64,000 nt of DNA from an uncultured Methanoregulaceae archaeon (GCA_963737635.1 CAVTTL010000001.1:544001-608000), one strand, 5' to 3'; shown: positions 11,707-23,800, counted from the stretch's first letter. Made by a program: numbers and translations. The notes: a model not told the origin generated them from the sequence alone.

Positions 11707-12281
11707 TTATTTCTTTTTATTCTCGATCTCTTTCATGCGCATTTCCATTAGGGTGATCCGGCCGACGGACCGGCTCGAGATCTTGTTTCTCCCGCCGTAA
11801 TGTCTCGATCTCACTCTTTGTAAGCCGCTGATCCGCACAGATGAGATACAGGGAGTTCCCCAGCCTGGCACCCGGTGCTGACCAGAAACGACAGGATCGC
11901 CCGGGAATGCGCGTTGCCACTGTTCATCATTTTCTCCAGGGAGACACCAGAGGCTTGTCTCTCCGAGTTTCATCAGCCCTGATGTTAACGGCATTGTATC
12001 CCAGCTCGTCGGACTCTACAGCGTTCAGCACCATACATCGCTGTAGCACGGTGAGATGGTTTTTCTGGCTCGCTTTGGCTGTACCGGTCCGGCTGTCGGA
12101 ATACGCGAGCAGGTGTTGACAGATAGATGTTTATGGATCTCATCGAGCGGCACGCCCCGGGAATCGCGCATACTCGACAAGGATCTGCCGGTAACTTTTG
12201 ATAGTTTTATCAGATCGCCTGGCTTTTTTTAAAAGAGCGAGATAGACCTGCACAGTCCATCTCTTCTTTTGTTGGTGCCAT
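11707..12281 (-). pseudogene. decayed tyrosine recombinase/integrase with internal deletion
   Basis: Across shifting frames: YLALLKKARRSDKTIKSYRQIL (SAM-like N-terminus), then KMMNSGNAHSRAILSFLVSTGCQAGE (box I, R to Q), then directly a coiled-coil C-tail. Confidence 0.75.
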
Positions 12282-12408
12282 GAAAAAAGAATTGACATTA
12301 CTGATTCGACAAAGTTTATTGACATTCTTCACCAAATGGTATAGGATTGCTCCGCTACCGGATCTACGACTTTTGGACTGGAAATGGAACATCGAGTACC
12401 TGTATGCC

Positions 12409-13117
12409 ATGTCGCCTGTCTCATCTCCCAGGTACAGCCTGGTCATTCCTGCCTACAACGAGGAAAAACGAATTGCGAGCCTGTTTGAGTCCATCAGGCA
12501 GTTTGACGGGGAGCTCATCGTTGTTTGCGATGGAAATGACGGGACTGCTGATGTAGTTGAGACTATAGCTGAAAAGCCATCCTTCACTCTCTATCCGCTG
12601 CCTGCGTTTCCCCGGTCGCCTTGGAAAAGGTGGGGGCATCATCGCCGGGCTTGCCGTGGCACAGGCGCCACTCATCGGGTATGTTGATGCAGATGGTTCC
12701 ACCGAAATCGACGAGATGTGCAGGCTCTTTGGAAAATTATCCTCTTTTGATGCCGTAATTGGTTCACGCTGGGTACCGGGCTCTTCTCCGGCGATCCGAC
12801 AGGGTTGGATGCGCCGGCTGGAAAGCAGGGGATTCAACCTGATTATACGATCTCTTTTTGGTCTCTCTTTCCATGATACCCAGTGCGGCGCAAAAGTCTT
12901 TAAAAAATCCGCGGTTGATGCTGTATTACCCGTTCTCATTGCCCGGGGTTTCGAATTTGACGTCGAATTGATCTGGAGACTGCTTCGCGCCGGATACCGG
13001 ATCGAGGAGGTTCCTGTCGCATGGCAGAACAGGGGGGATTCACGGGTCAGAAGGGGAGATATGATAAGGATGCTCGCGGGCCTCCTTCGTGTCCGGCTTC
13101 ACTCGGAACAGTCATGA
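12409..13117 (+). CDS. GT2 glycosyltransferase, dolichol-phosphate glycosyltransferase-like (frameshift near 12580)
   Basis: SLVIPAYNEE, GYVDADGS, DTQCGAKVF, GFEFDVE. Confidence 0.88.
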
Positions 13118-14930
13118 TGCCTGCAACAACAGATGATAAAAAAAAGGAAGCATTCGAACTGTACAACACCGGGAATTATTCAGAATCTCTGATGCTGTGC
13201 AATCAGTTAATAGAGACCGTACGTGACCCCGCTCTTGAGATTCTCGCGGCAACTAACCTGTTTTCCCTGGGAAAACTTGAGGACGCTGAAGTATATTTCC
13301 GGGATCTTGTCCGAAGGATGCCCGAATCGTCCCATATTCACAGTTACCTTGCAAAGGTACTCGAACAGGAAGGTGATGATAGTGCTATTGCCGAATATGC
13401 GGCAGCAGTCCGGCTCGATCCCGGCAACCAGGATGCACTGCGCAGTTATGCAGCCGGTCTGGTTATTCGAAATGACGAACGTGGTGCTCTTTCGTCATTA
13501 AAACGGCTTTACAAGATAGGAAAACGGCCCGATGATCTCAGGAATCTTACCGCTGCACTCACCCGTTCAGGTTTTGCCGACGAGGCTTGTGTCCTCTGCG
13601 AGTCTCATGGAGCAGGAAAAATAACGAGCCATGAATATGCCCTCGCTCTCTATGCAGCCGGAAAGGTACCAGGAAGCTGAACGTGAGGCATGGGGACTTT
13701 ATAATGAGACTCATGATCCTGCTATCCTTCGGGTGTATCTTGCCTCACTTGCCCGGGCTGACGCGGCCGCCGTTCCTGAGGCTTATACATCGTTTCTCAG
13801 GGAAGTTCCGGACCCCGGGATTTATCTGGATTATACGCGCCTTTTGCGGGATCGGGGAGAATACCTCCGGGCACTTTCAACAGTAAAAAAATTGATTGCA
13901 CTTGATAACACACCCCAGTACCGGCTGATCGCATGCGAGCTTTCTGCGGTGCTGGGCGATCATATAAATGCCCTCGCCGAATATGAAAACCTCATCCGGG
14001 ATGAACTGGATGCATCCCTCGCGTCAGAACTCTTTCGGGAGATCCTTGGATCCTACCGCCGGTATATCAACACACAGTTTCCGCCGGCGGAAGCTCTGAA
14101 ACGGTTTCTCGCTCTTGTGCCAGGCGACACAAACGTTGTCTGTCTTGAAGAGACCGCCCGGATGTATCTTGAGATGGAGGAAGTCGATGAGGCACGATCC
14201 TGGTATTACCGGGCGTATCGTGCTGATTATCTGAACGGTGGTCTTCCCTATGCGGGGTTCCTTGCCTTTTGCGGTGATGATCGTGAGTGTGAAAAGGTGC
14301 TGCTTCATATCCTTGCAAATGTCAGGAAACCAGCTGATCTCAACAGGGTAGCTGCAGCGGTTACTGAATGTGATGGGAAGTTGCAGTGTATGAGACGCAT
14401 TACCCGGCAGTTGATCCGGCGCATGGAGGAGCGGCGGCAGACACTCCGATCTGAGGACCGGGAGTATCTCGCTGAAGCGTTCCGGCGCGAAGCCGCCGAT
14501 GCACTCTCGCGGGATAACTATGCTGCATGCATATACAACTGTCTCTGCGGAATCGATGTACTTCCGGCGTATTCCCGTTCCTGTCATACAGATGACTTTC
14601 TCAATCTGATAAATCATTCAAAAGAGCTGATGCTCACAGACACCCCGGTCATGACTTTGCCTCCTGAAGTCAAAAGAGCAGAATCCGGGCAGACGATTCA
14701 AGAGATGATAGATAATCTGGGGCTATCCGGTCCAGAGCAAAAGATTGTGATATTCCTTGCCACACACAAAAGGGCAAGCGAAAGCGACCTGCGCCGGTCT
14801 GCTGTGCACCCGAAGGATTACCGGGATCGTAAATATCCTGATCCGGAAAGCGAAAGCACGGGGGATTATGCTTATAGAGAAAAAAGGTATGAGTGCTGAA
14901 GGGGAGGTCTATGAATACTGCGGACCCTGA
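13114..14930 (+). CDS. TPR-repeat protein with C-terminal winged-helix-like domain (frameshifts near 13665 and 14798)
   Basis: Joined ORFs with TPR-like helices; corrected tail QKIVIFLATHKRASESDLRRLLCTRRITGIVNILIRKAKARGIMLIEKKG..YEYCGP*. Confidence 0.75.
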
Positions 14931-16212
14931 ACAGAAAGAACAACGCCGGCATGAAAGTCTCAACATCATCAATGCGCTTAGAAGAGGAACTGTTCCGGCG
15001 GACGGTCTGGAAAGGATCGTGGTCGGACTCGATATGGAAGAAAGTGTAATCAGCAGGCAGCTGGACTATGTAGCTGAAGGGGGAGGCGACCTCAAGTTTA
15101 TCCGGGGGGATTTCGGAAGTGGTAAGACGTTTTTTGTCGCCCGGGCCCTTGAGATTGCGGGCAGTAAAGGATTTGCAACCGCACACATTTTTGTCTCATC
15201 ATCAGCCCCGCTCTCGAAACCAACGGCACTCTACCAGCAGATTTGCTCTCATCTCAAAACAAGTGAAGCGGAACATGCACTCAAAACCATTGTAGATAAC
15301 TGGATTTTCGCAATCGAGGAGCGGTTGATCTCATCGGGCAGGGGTGATGAGGGGGATGCCGTTCTCGAGGCGGCGGCAGAAAAGGAGATCGAAGCGGCAC
15401 TGGCCGGTATCAGTGAGACCAACACCGGCCTTGCCGCGGCGCTGCGAACCTATTATGAGGCCAACAATGCCGGGGATTTCCCGACAGCGCAGGCGGCCAT
15501 CGGTTGGATCGCGGCAGAGCCTACCATAGGACGTGATTTCAAACAGAAAGCGGGAATTAAAGGTGAAGTCGGCGATACTACGGCATTCTCATTCCTCCTT
15601 GGGCTCGTGGAGATCATTCATGGTGCCGGATACCGGGGGCTTGCAATCGCGATCGATGAACTCGAGACCACGCAGGGACTCCAGCGGAACCAGCGGGAGA
15701 GAAGTTACCAGACACTTGCCCGGATAATCGATGCGCTTGATGGGGGGCGGATGCCACATTGTTACTTTTTGTTCACCGGAACCCCTGCGTTTTTCGACAG
15801 CTCACGGGGAATACGATCAGTAACACCACTCTACGACCGGATCAGCGTAGTAGGAACAGACACCTTTAAAAATCCCCGCCAGCCCCAGATCCATCTCTCC
15901 AGATTCGACAATGGCAAACTGGAATTGGTGGCCCTTAAGGTGATTGACGTATACTCGCAGGCTTACCGTGAGGTGGACCGGGAGCGGGTTTCCCACCGGT
16001 TTATCCGGGCCATGATTAAAAAACTCACCGGGCGGTTTGGCGGCAGGGTAGACGTCATCCCGAGAATATTCCTCAAGGAGTTTATTGATATCTTGGACAA
16101 ATGTGAGATTTACGAAGACTACAACCCTGCCGATGCCTACGAATTCGATGTCGGACACTTGAAAGGAGAACTCAAAGCCGAAGAGGAAGCGGTTATGATT
16201 GTGGAGTTTTAA
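14911..16212 (+). CDS. brxD: BrxD-like (DUF2791) P-loop ATPase
   Basis: INALRRGTVPADGL, KFIRGDFGSGKTFF, GYRGLAIAIDELE, FTGTPAFFD, NPRQPQIHL; GGGGAGG upstream. Confidence 0.85.
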   Translation: MNTADPEQKEQRRHESLNIINALRRGTVPADGLERIVVGLDMEESVISRQLDYVAEGGGDLKFIRGDFGSGKTFFVARALEIAGSKGFATAHIFVSSSAPLSKPTALYQQICSHLKTSEAEHALKTIVDNWIFAIEERLISSGRGDEGDAVLEAAAEKEIEAALAGISETNTGLAAALRTYYEANNAGDFPTAQAAIGWIAAEPTIGRDFKQKAGIKGEVGDTTAFSFLLGLVEIIHGAGYRGLAIAIDELETTQGLQRNQRERSYQTLARIIDALDGGRMPHCYFLFTGTPAFFDSSRGIRSVTPLYDRISVVGTDTFKNPRQPQIHLSRFDNGKLELVALKVIDVYSQAYREVDRERVSHRFIRAMIKKLTGRFGGRVDVIPRIFLKEFIDILDKCEIYEDYNPADAYEFDVGHLKGELKAEEEAVMIVEF

Positions 16213-16364
16213 AAAAAAGACCCGAATAGACTGCTATTCAATCCAACACACTCTTCAATAGTGTGTCAAAAAATGATTCCAGACCCAAATATTATTACCT
16301 AATATTGCGATAAGCCGTTGTCAATATCTATCAGAATAGATCAAATCGCGTTCTGGTGAGAGAG

Positions 16365-17255
16365 ATGGGACAAAATTATCCATATGGGAAAGGCGACGGG
16401 ACTGTAGAGTGGGTATCTACTGAATGGTTGGGGAATCACCTCCATGATAAGGGACTTCTTGTCATTGACTGTCAACCAAATGTCCATGAGTATATCCAGG
16501 ATCACATTCCCGGGGCACTGTATGCACATGAGAACTTATTCCGGATTCATGATGGTGCGATTCCGACACGATGGATTCCTGCTGATTCAGCTGAGATCCT
16601 TTTCCGGACTTTGGGATTAGAACCGAAAAAACCGGCAGTGATATATTCAAGCAGTGGTCCTCTGACCACGTGTGGTAACTTTATTGGCGACGGTCTTGAA
16701 CAGACCATGGTTGCATATACACTCGCACGCTACGGTCACCAGAATGTATATCTCCTTGACGGCGGGCTTGAAAAATGGAAGGAAGAAAAACGCCCTCTCA
16801 CGCGTCAGTTCGATCTTGCGAAACCTTCGTCGTTCACGGTAAATCTTCAGAAAGATTTTTTCATAGATTATTACGAATTTATCAGGATGAAGGATCAAAC
16901 TGGTGTTGTCCTGCTGGATGCACGCCCCTCTCCGGTTTATGAAGGTCAGGGTCCATGGATCAGGCCCGGTCACATTCCTGGAGCAATCAGTCTGCCCTGG
17001 AAAAGCCTCATGGACGATAAAAACAAAAAACTCATGAAACCTGATGACCAGATCCAGAAACTGGTGCAAACTGCCGGAGCAACGCCGGACAAGACCATCA
17101 TCTGCTCCTGTGGGACGGGGAGAGAAGCTACCAATGAGTTCCTGCTTTTCAAATATTATCTGGGTTATAAAAACGTCGTTCTCTATGAAGGTGGATTCAC
17201 CGAATGGTCATCGTATCCGGACAATCAGATAGTGACCGGTAAAAACCCCCGGTAA
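16365..17255 (+). CDS. tandem-rhodanese sulfurtransferase
   Basis: VSTEWL, HIPGA twice, active-site CGTGRE, YEGGFTEWS. Confidence 0.92.
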   Translation: MGQNYPYGKGDGTVEWVSTEWLGNHLHDKGLLVIDCQPNVHEYIQDHIPGALYAHENLFRIHDGAIPTRWIPADSAEILFRTLGLEPKKPAVIYSSSGPLTTCGNFIGDGLEQTMVAYTLARYGHQNVYLLDGGLEKWKEEKRPLTRQFDLAKPSSFTVNLQKDFFIDYYEFIRMKDQTGVVLLDARPSPVYEGQGPWIRPGHIPGAISLPWKSLMDDKNKKLMKPDDQIQKLVQTAGATPDKTIICSCGTGREATNEFLLFKYYLGYKNVVLYEGGFTEWSSYPDNQIVTGKNPR

Positions 17256-17345
17256 CCTGATATTTTTTTTATTGTTTAGATCCAGGGAGTTGCGGACTTG
17301 AACAGGTATCCAAAAGCATGTGTTTTCATTCGGACTTAACACACG

Positions 17346-18729
17346 ATGGTGGACTTCGATATGTGGTTTGAGCGCATCGTCGCAGAGGGATTAGCTCACA
17401 ACTCATACGTGATCGGATCTGGCGGAAAAGCGGGAGTAATAGACCCACGAAGGGATTGTGAAATCTACGTTGACCTCGCAAACCGGCACGATGCCGTAAT
17501 TACACATATTTTCGAAACTCACCGCAACGAGGATTACGTATCCGGTGGGCTGGAGCTTGCGCACCAGTGCAACGCACAGATCTATCACGGCCCCCGGATG
17601 GACTTTGCATATGGGAACCACGTCCGCGAAGGCGACCGATTTACATTAGGAACGTTGGAACTCTCTGTTCTTGAAACTCCCGGGCACACGGAAGAAAGCC
17701 TTACGTTTGTCCTCAAGGACACCGAAGTCCCGCATGAGCCGTATATGGTCTTTTCAGGAGATACGCTCTTTGCCGGTGATATTGCGCGGACCGACTTTTT
17801 CGGACCGGAAAGAAAAGCAGAAATGGCAGAAAAGATCTATGCAAGCATTGCCCGCAAGATCCTCCCGCTCGGGGATGGCGTAATCCTTTGCCCGGCGCAT
17901 GGCGCTGGTTCCGCATGCGGGAGCGAAATCGCCGATCATCCTTTCTCTACTATTGGATACGAGAAGCGCACCAATCCAGTCCTGGCACTCGGGAACGATG
18001 CGTTTGTCGCCCAGCGCACCACTGAGTCTCCGTATTTGCCGCCGTACTTCCAGCAAATGGAAAAGATCAACAAGGAAGGGCCAGCGCTCCTCCACGAACT
18101 CCCCCAGACCCACCCGCTTCCGGTATCCGCAGTGGCCTCCCTTATCGCATCTGGCTGCCAAATCGTAGACATACGTTCCCCCACGGCTTTTGCCGCAGGC
18201 CATATCTACAGTAGTCTTTCGATCTGGCGCGACGGAATCGCATCGTTTGCCGGTCTGGTTTCTAGACTACAAACAACCGATCGTTCTCGTCGACGATTTC
18301 TCCCTCAATCTCAAACCCGTACTCCTGCAGTTCATGCGGCTCGGCTACGACAATACGACGGGCTGGCTTGCCGGCGGTTTTCCCGCATGGTTCCGGGCCG
18401 CACAGCCGGTCGGGATGACCGGGACCTGCACGGTACAGGCCCTTAACGATCTCCTTTCCCGCGAAAAACCGTTCCTGCTTGACGTCCGTGACCAGAAAAA
18501 CCGGGAACACGTCGGGTATATATCAGGTTCAACACAGGTGTATATCGGAGAGCTTTCACAGCACATCGCAGATATCCCAAAAGACCGTCCTATTTTCGTA
18601 TATTGCGATTCCGGGTACAAAGGCAGCCTTGCGGCAAGCGTTCTTGCAATGCACGGGTTTACGGACGTGACAAATATTCTTGGAGGGATGCAGGCATGGG
18701 TGCATGCGGGGTATCCAATCGAACACTGA
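17346..18729 (+). CDS. MBL-fold plus two rhodanese domains, CstB/persulfide dioxygenase-like (frameshift near 18255)
   Basis: ETHRNEDY, TPGHT, SGDTLF, PAHGAGSACG; C-terminal YCDSGYKG and GGMQAW. Confidence 0.85.
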
Positions 18730-18799
18730 CGTACTATGAGCGTGGTGCGCAGTATCAGGTATAATCCAGAACGCGCTTGCGCCAAACCGTCCCGACCTG

Positions 18800-20083
18800 T
18801 CAGCAGCCAGGATGGTTCTTCCGGTTAAGTTTGGGACTCTTCAGCCGAATATTCACCGATTGAGCGTGAGCAGCAAGACCTTCGGCGGTGGCAAGAGTTT
18901 CGATGATTTCACCTATACTTTCAAGGCCATCCCGGGTAAGAAGCTGGACCGAGGATGTCTTACAGAAGTGATGTACATCGAGACCGGAATACTGCCGGGC
19001 AAAGCCGGCGGTCGGGAGCACATGGTTGGTACCTGAAGCATAATCCCCACAGGCGACCGGTGTGTAAGACCCGACAAAGATCGCGCCAGCGTTCCGGATG
19101 CTGCCGAGAACCGGGAGGGGATCGGCTACCTGAAGGGAGAGATGCTCCGGTGCGATTGCATTTGAAATCGCTACAGATTCAGAAAGATCTTCTACGACAA
19201 TATAGCCGGAATTTTTGAGCGCCTGATCGATGATCTCTTTACGCGGAGCATGTTCTGCCTGCTTTATTATCTCAGCGCCGACACGATCGGCAAGAGTGGC
19301 AGAAGTGGTGATGAGGATGCAGGCTGCATGAGGGTCATGTTCCGCCTGCGCCAGAATGTCAGCTGCGACATACGACGGTACAGCGCTTTCATCAGCGATG
19401 ACGGCGATTTCGCTTGGTCCAGCGGGAAAATCAATCTCGGCATAGTCACGCAGCATCATCTTTGCCGCGGTAACGTATACATTTCCCGGCCCTACAATCT
19501 TATCTACCGACGCGATGGTCTCGGTGCCAAGAGCCATTGCGGCAATCGCCTGCGCCCCCCCGCACTGGTAGATTTCTTTTACTCCGGCAATATCGAGAGC
19601 GACAAGCGTGAGCGGTTGAATCGGCGGTGGTGAACAGCAGCAGATTTCCGGAACTCCGGCGATCCTTGCGGGAATCGTGCACATAAGAGCCGTTGAAGGA
19701 TATGCGGCACGTCCTCCGGGAACGTACGCACCGACCCGGGAAAGCGGCGTAGTCTTCACGCCGAGGGTAATACCGGGCTCAATCTCGGAGAGCCAGAGAC
19801 CACGGGGCAGCTGGAGCTCATGGAAGCGACTGATCCGGACCTCAGCCTCTACAAGGCATTCAGTGACCCGGGGATCGACCTGCTCATAGGCAGCTAGCCG
19901 GGCATCTTCGTCAACAGCGATTGTATCCAAGTGCACCTTATCGAATCTTTCGGAAAGCTCGATCAGGGCCGCATCTCCCCCCGTTCTTACTTTCTCGATA
20001 ATTTCCTGGACAGGGCCGTGCACTTCATCCAACCGGGAAGTACGCCGTGAGACCCAGGTTTCGATATCTACCGCGCTCCACAT
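18800..20083 (-). CDS. hisD: histidinol dehydrogenase
   Basis: YVPGGRAAYPST, GPGNVYV, AGPSE, QAEHD, APEHL, DYASGTNHVLPT. Confidence 0.96.
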   Translation of the reverse strand: MWSAVDIETWVSRRTSRLDEVHGPVQEIIEKVRTGGDAALIELSERFDKVHLDTIAVDEDARLAAYEQVDPRVTECLVEAEVRISRFHELQLPRGLWLSEIEPGITLGVKTTPLSRVGAYVPGGRAAYPSTALMCTIPARIAGVPEICCCSPPPIQPLTLVALDIAGVKEIYQCGGAQAIAAMALGTETIASVDKIVGPGNVYVTAAKMMLRDYAEIDFPAGPSEIAVIADESAVPSYVAADILAQAEHDPHAACILITTSATLADRVGAEIIKQAEHAPRKEIIDQALKNSGYIVVEDLSESVAISNAIAPEHLSLQVADPLPVLGSIRNAGAIFVGSYTPVACGDYASGTNHVLPTAGFARQYSGLDVHHFCKTSSVQLLTRDGLESIGEIIETLATAEGLAAHAQSVNIRLKSPKLNRKNHPGC

Positions 20084-20178
20084 AACAGGAAAAATCGGCA
20101 GGATAGATTGTTAAAGTTTCGTTATCCGGGCCTATTCAGCTCATGAATCTGCCACGAACCACACGTAGGTTCTAAGTT

Positions 20179-21312
20179 TCAAGACGTATTTTGCATGGGC
20201 CTCTTTTTTACCCACGCAAGAAGATACGCTGCCACAAGACCGATGATAAATGCTACCGTCATGGACGCCGCGAGTGCAAGAAGCCCAATGACACCGGTGA
20301 TGACTAATGAATCTGTTTTTAGGCTGTATCGGCCCATCTCAATCCCGACAAAGACAAGGAGCGCCCCAAGCACTCCGACCGCCACTATGGAGAGTACCTG
20401 CGGGGAGGAGAAGAATAGAGCGAGGACGATAAAGATCAGGCCGGCAATAATGCTCGCCCCACCGGTCCTGGCCCCATAACGGTACTGGCCGGCAAGTCCT
20501 CCTGCTCCGTGGCACATCGGAAAACCACCGAAAGGAACTGATATCAGATTCATAAGGCCAATCGTTGTTGAGAGTTTTTTTGGAGGAACCTCTTTTTCGA
20601 ACAAATCCTTAGTCAAAAGTGAGGTCGCAAGGATGGCATTTGCGATGGTAAGAACCACCTGCGGAAGTACGAGTGTGGAGAGGGCGGATGGGAAATCCGA
20701 AGGAAGCGGAATCACAAGCTCGAGGTGCCGGGATCAAACTGGTCGGTGGAATACCGTGCAGTACTATTCCGCCAATTACACCTACTGCAATAACGCAGAC
20801 AGATGAAAGGTCCGGGACGTCCCGGTAACGGACAAGCAGAATAAATGCCAAAATCATCGCGATTCCGACAATAAAAAAAGAGAATCCTTGATCACAAAAT
20901 CAACTGAGGCTTTAAAAAGGAGCAAGGCAAGGCCGAGCTGGATCCCCCGAACAACGCTTTCCGGTACCCATTTCCCGATAATAGAAAAACTTCTTCCATA
21001 ACCCAGCAAAAGAAAGAGAACCCCGATGATAAGACCAGCAGCGGCTATTTCTCCATTTCCAATCCCGCCGGCGATAACGATAACGGCGATAGCCTTCATC
21101 GGTTCGAGAGGGATAGGTAACCGATAATAGAACCCGGTCAGGATGAACCAAATCCCGAAAAAAAGGAGAATGTAACGTGGATTGACATTAGACACCAATG
21201 CGACAGCGAGGATAAGCGGGATGATCGTCCCAAAGTCCCCCAAGGACCCGGCAAACTCTGAGAGTGTGAATCGCAGGGGAATGAGTTCTTCATCGCTCAC
21301 AAATAGACACAC
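20179..21312 (-). CDS. putative molybdate/sulfate transporter, MOT1 family (two frameshifts)
   Basis: EFAGSLGDFGT, PLEPMKAIA, PMCHGAGGLAGQYRYGARTGG. Confidence 0.85.
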
Positions 21313-21579
21313 CCTGAACTACAATCCATGCGTATAACGATACCAACGTTTTTGGCATTAATGATCTTTTCTATGAATTTTTCGAGGATCCCATTAAACA
21401 CCATCAACCCAAAAGAGAGCCTCCAATTTCATCTTTCATGCATCTGCGTAATTCAGTATTTATGAAGTCAATTATCCCGGGAAATGCCGGCCACAGGGAT
21501 CGTCTGGCAACATCAGAATGCTTATGTGTATAAGGTGGAAAGTAATCTTTACTTATCTTATCCAGGACCCTGTGTCCCC

Positions 21580-23189
21580 ATGATCTCAGCCCTCTACGTC
21601 GATGATGACCCCTTCCTGTTAGAGGTCAGTAAGCTGTTTCTGGAAAGGTCGGGTCGTATCCGCATCGATACCGCCGAATCAGCGGAAGAGGGGTTAACGA
21701 AGCTCAGTGAAACAGCATACGATATCGTCATCTCGGATTACCAGATGCCCGGAATGGACGGGATCGGGTTTTTAAAGATCGTTCGTGCCCGCTTTCCCGA
21801 CCTTCCCTTCATTATCTTCACCGGTCGCGGGCGGGAGGAGGTCGTCATCGAGGCTCTCAACTGCGGGGCGGATCACTATATCCAGAAAGGCGGCGACCCC
21901 CGGGCGCAATTCACTGAACTGATCCATACTATCCGGAGACTCTGTTGAGAAGAGACGAGCCCTTGAAACGATCTTCCACCTCAACCGACTGTACTCGGTC
22001 ATCTCCCGGACCAATCGGGCGATCATCCATCTCCGGGACCGGCAGGCACTCCTCGAAGAGGCCTGCAAAATTGCCGTTGAGGAGGGAAAATTTCTGATGG
22101 CCTGGGTCGGCATCACGAATCCGGCGACCCGCGAGGTCTGCCCGATCGCGGCATACGGGTACGAAGCGGGGTACCTGAGGTATGCTCTCCATCACCGTAG
22201 ATAACGTACCGCAAGGGATGGGCCTAACCGGCTCAAGCATTCGGGAGGGACGCCCGATGGTCTGCAACGACATCCAATCTGATCCAAGGATGGAGAAATA
22301 CCGGGAGGAGGCGTCCCGGCGCGGGTACTGTTCATCTGCAGCGTTCCCGCTCAGGAATGGGAGCACAGTCGTCGGAGCAATGCGATTTTACTCGAACGAG
22401 AATAATTTCTTCAATGACCGGGAACTGGCATTGCTGACAGAGCTTACCGATGATATTTCGTTTGCTCTTGAAATGATGGAACGCGATAACACGCTCACCG
22501 AGCTCCGGAGGGTAACCGATGCACTTCAGAACTCCAACCGGAAACTCAATCTGCTCAACAATCTTATCCGGCACGATATTCTCAATACGATCACCGGGCT
22601 CCTGGGCCTTGAGGACATGGCCCTCACCCGGATTCCCGACCGGGTAGGAAACGGGCTCCTTCTTGAGATCAAGGACAGTACCCGTAGGATCCAACAGCAG
22701 ATCACTTTCACCCGAGATTACCAGAATGTTGGCGTACATGCCCCGCAATGGCAGAATGTGCAGGCGGTCGTGTCTTTGGCGGCAAAGTCTGTAAGCCCCG
22801 GATCCGTGCGCCTCTCGGTGATGCCCGATGAGGGATTCGAGATTTTTGCCGATGCGATGCTTGAGAAGGTATTCTACAATCTGATCGATAACGCCCTCCG
22901 GTATGGTGGGAAGCTCTCCGAAGTCACTCTCACTCTAAAACAGGCAGGTTCCTGTCTTGCCATTACCTGTAGGGACGATGGCCTGGGCATCGTGAATGCT
23001 GATAAGGAGAAAATTTTCTGTTCGGGTTTCGGGACAAATACCGGTCAGGGCCTCTTTCTTGCAAGGGAAATTCTTGGGATCTCTGGCATCACCATCAAAG
23101 AGACCGGACTTTTCGGGCAGGGTGCCCGCTTCGAGATCACCGTGCCGGAGGGTGCGTGGCGGCTCGCTGAGGACCATAAGATACCATGA
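21580..23189 (+). CDS. hybrid REC-GAF-histidine kinase (frameshifts near 21940 and 22180)
   Basis: LYVDDD..SDYQMP..FTGRGREE receiver; GAF; RHDILN H-box; NLIDNALRYG, DDGLG and G-box. Confidence 0.88.
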
Positions 23190-23260
23190 AAACTGCAGGC
23201 CAAGTGGGTTGCCGGGCCAGGATTCAGGATAATCTGCCGGATAGAGAAAAGGTAAATGGT

Positions 23261-23800
23261 TCACCGGCGCAGGATGAGTGACAGGAAAGAGATTCCGAAG
23301 ATAATAGTGACAGCCATGAGACCGATAGTGATCCGGCCAAGCCAGCGGTGGCACAGCCGAATGATTTTTTTTGACGCATTAACGCGCTTGATGCTATAGC
23401 CAAGAGCTATACACTGCAATAACTAACGTCCCTGTAGTGATACCCAATATTTCGTGAATATTGTGCAATTGAGGAAAACCGGAGAGCGCAACCATGTAGA
23501 TGCCGACAAAAATGCCGGCAATTATACAGGCACCTCCGATTCCTCCGAGAATTAAATGGGTTCTATACCAATGCCCGGTTTTGTGATATCTTGCGATGAT
23601 TAAACCGGTAACGAGAAGGATAAATCCTGCTGACATAAGAAGAACATGGTAAGGCCAGTATACCGCAATCCCTTGGTCAAAATTTCCGGCGCCTGTATCT
23701 TGTTGCGCCGACGGGAGCGCAACAGCTGAACCGCATAATACTGTCAAAATAATGGATATAAAGAGGACTAATAAAAACCATTTTTTCGCCGTGCATATTC
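23261..23800 (-). CDS. cytochrome b561-like 4-His membrane protein (frameshift near 23412; start uncertain)
   Basis: PYHVLLM, WYRTH, NIHEILG and, after the shift, IRLCHRWLGR; stop at 23261. Confidence 0.65.
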
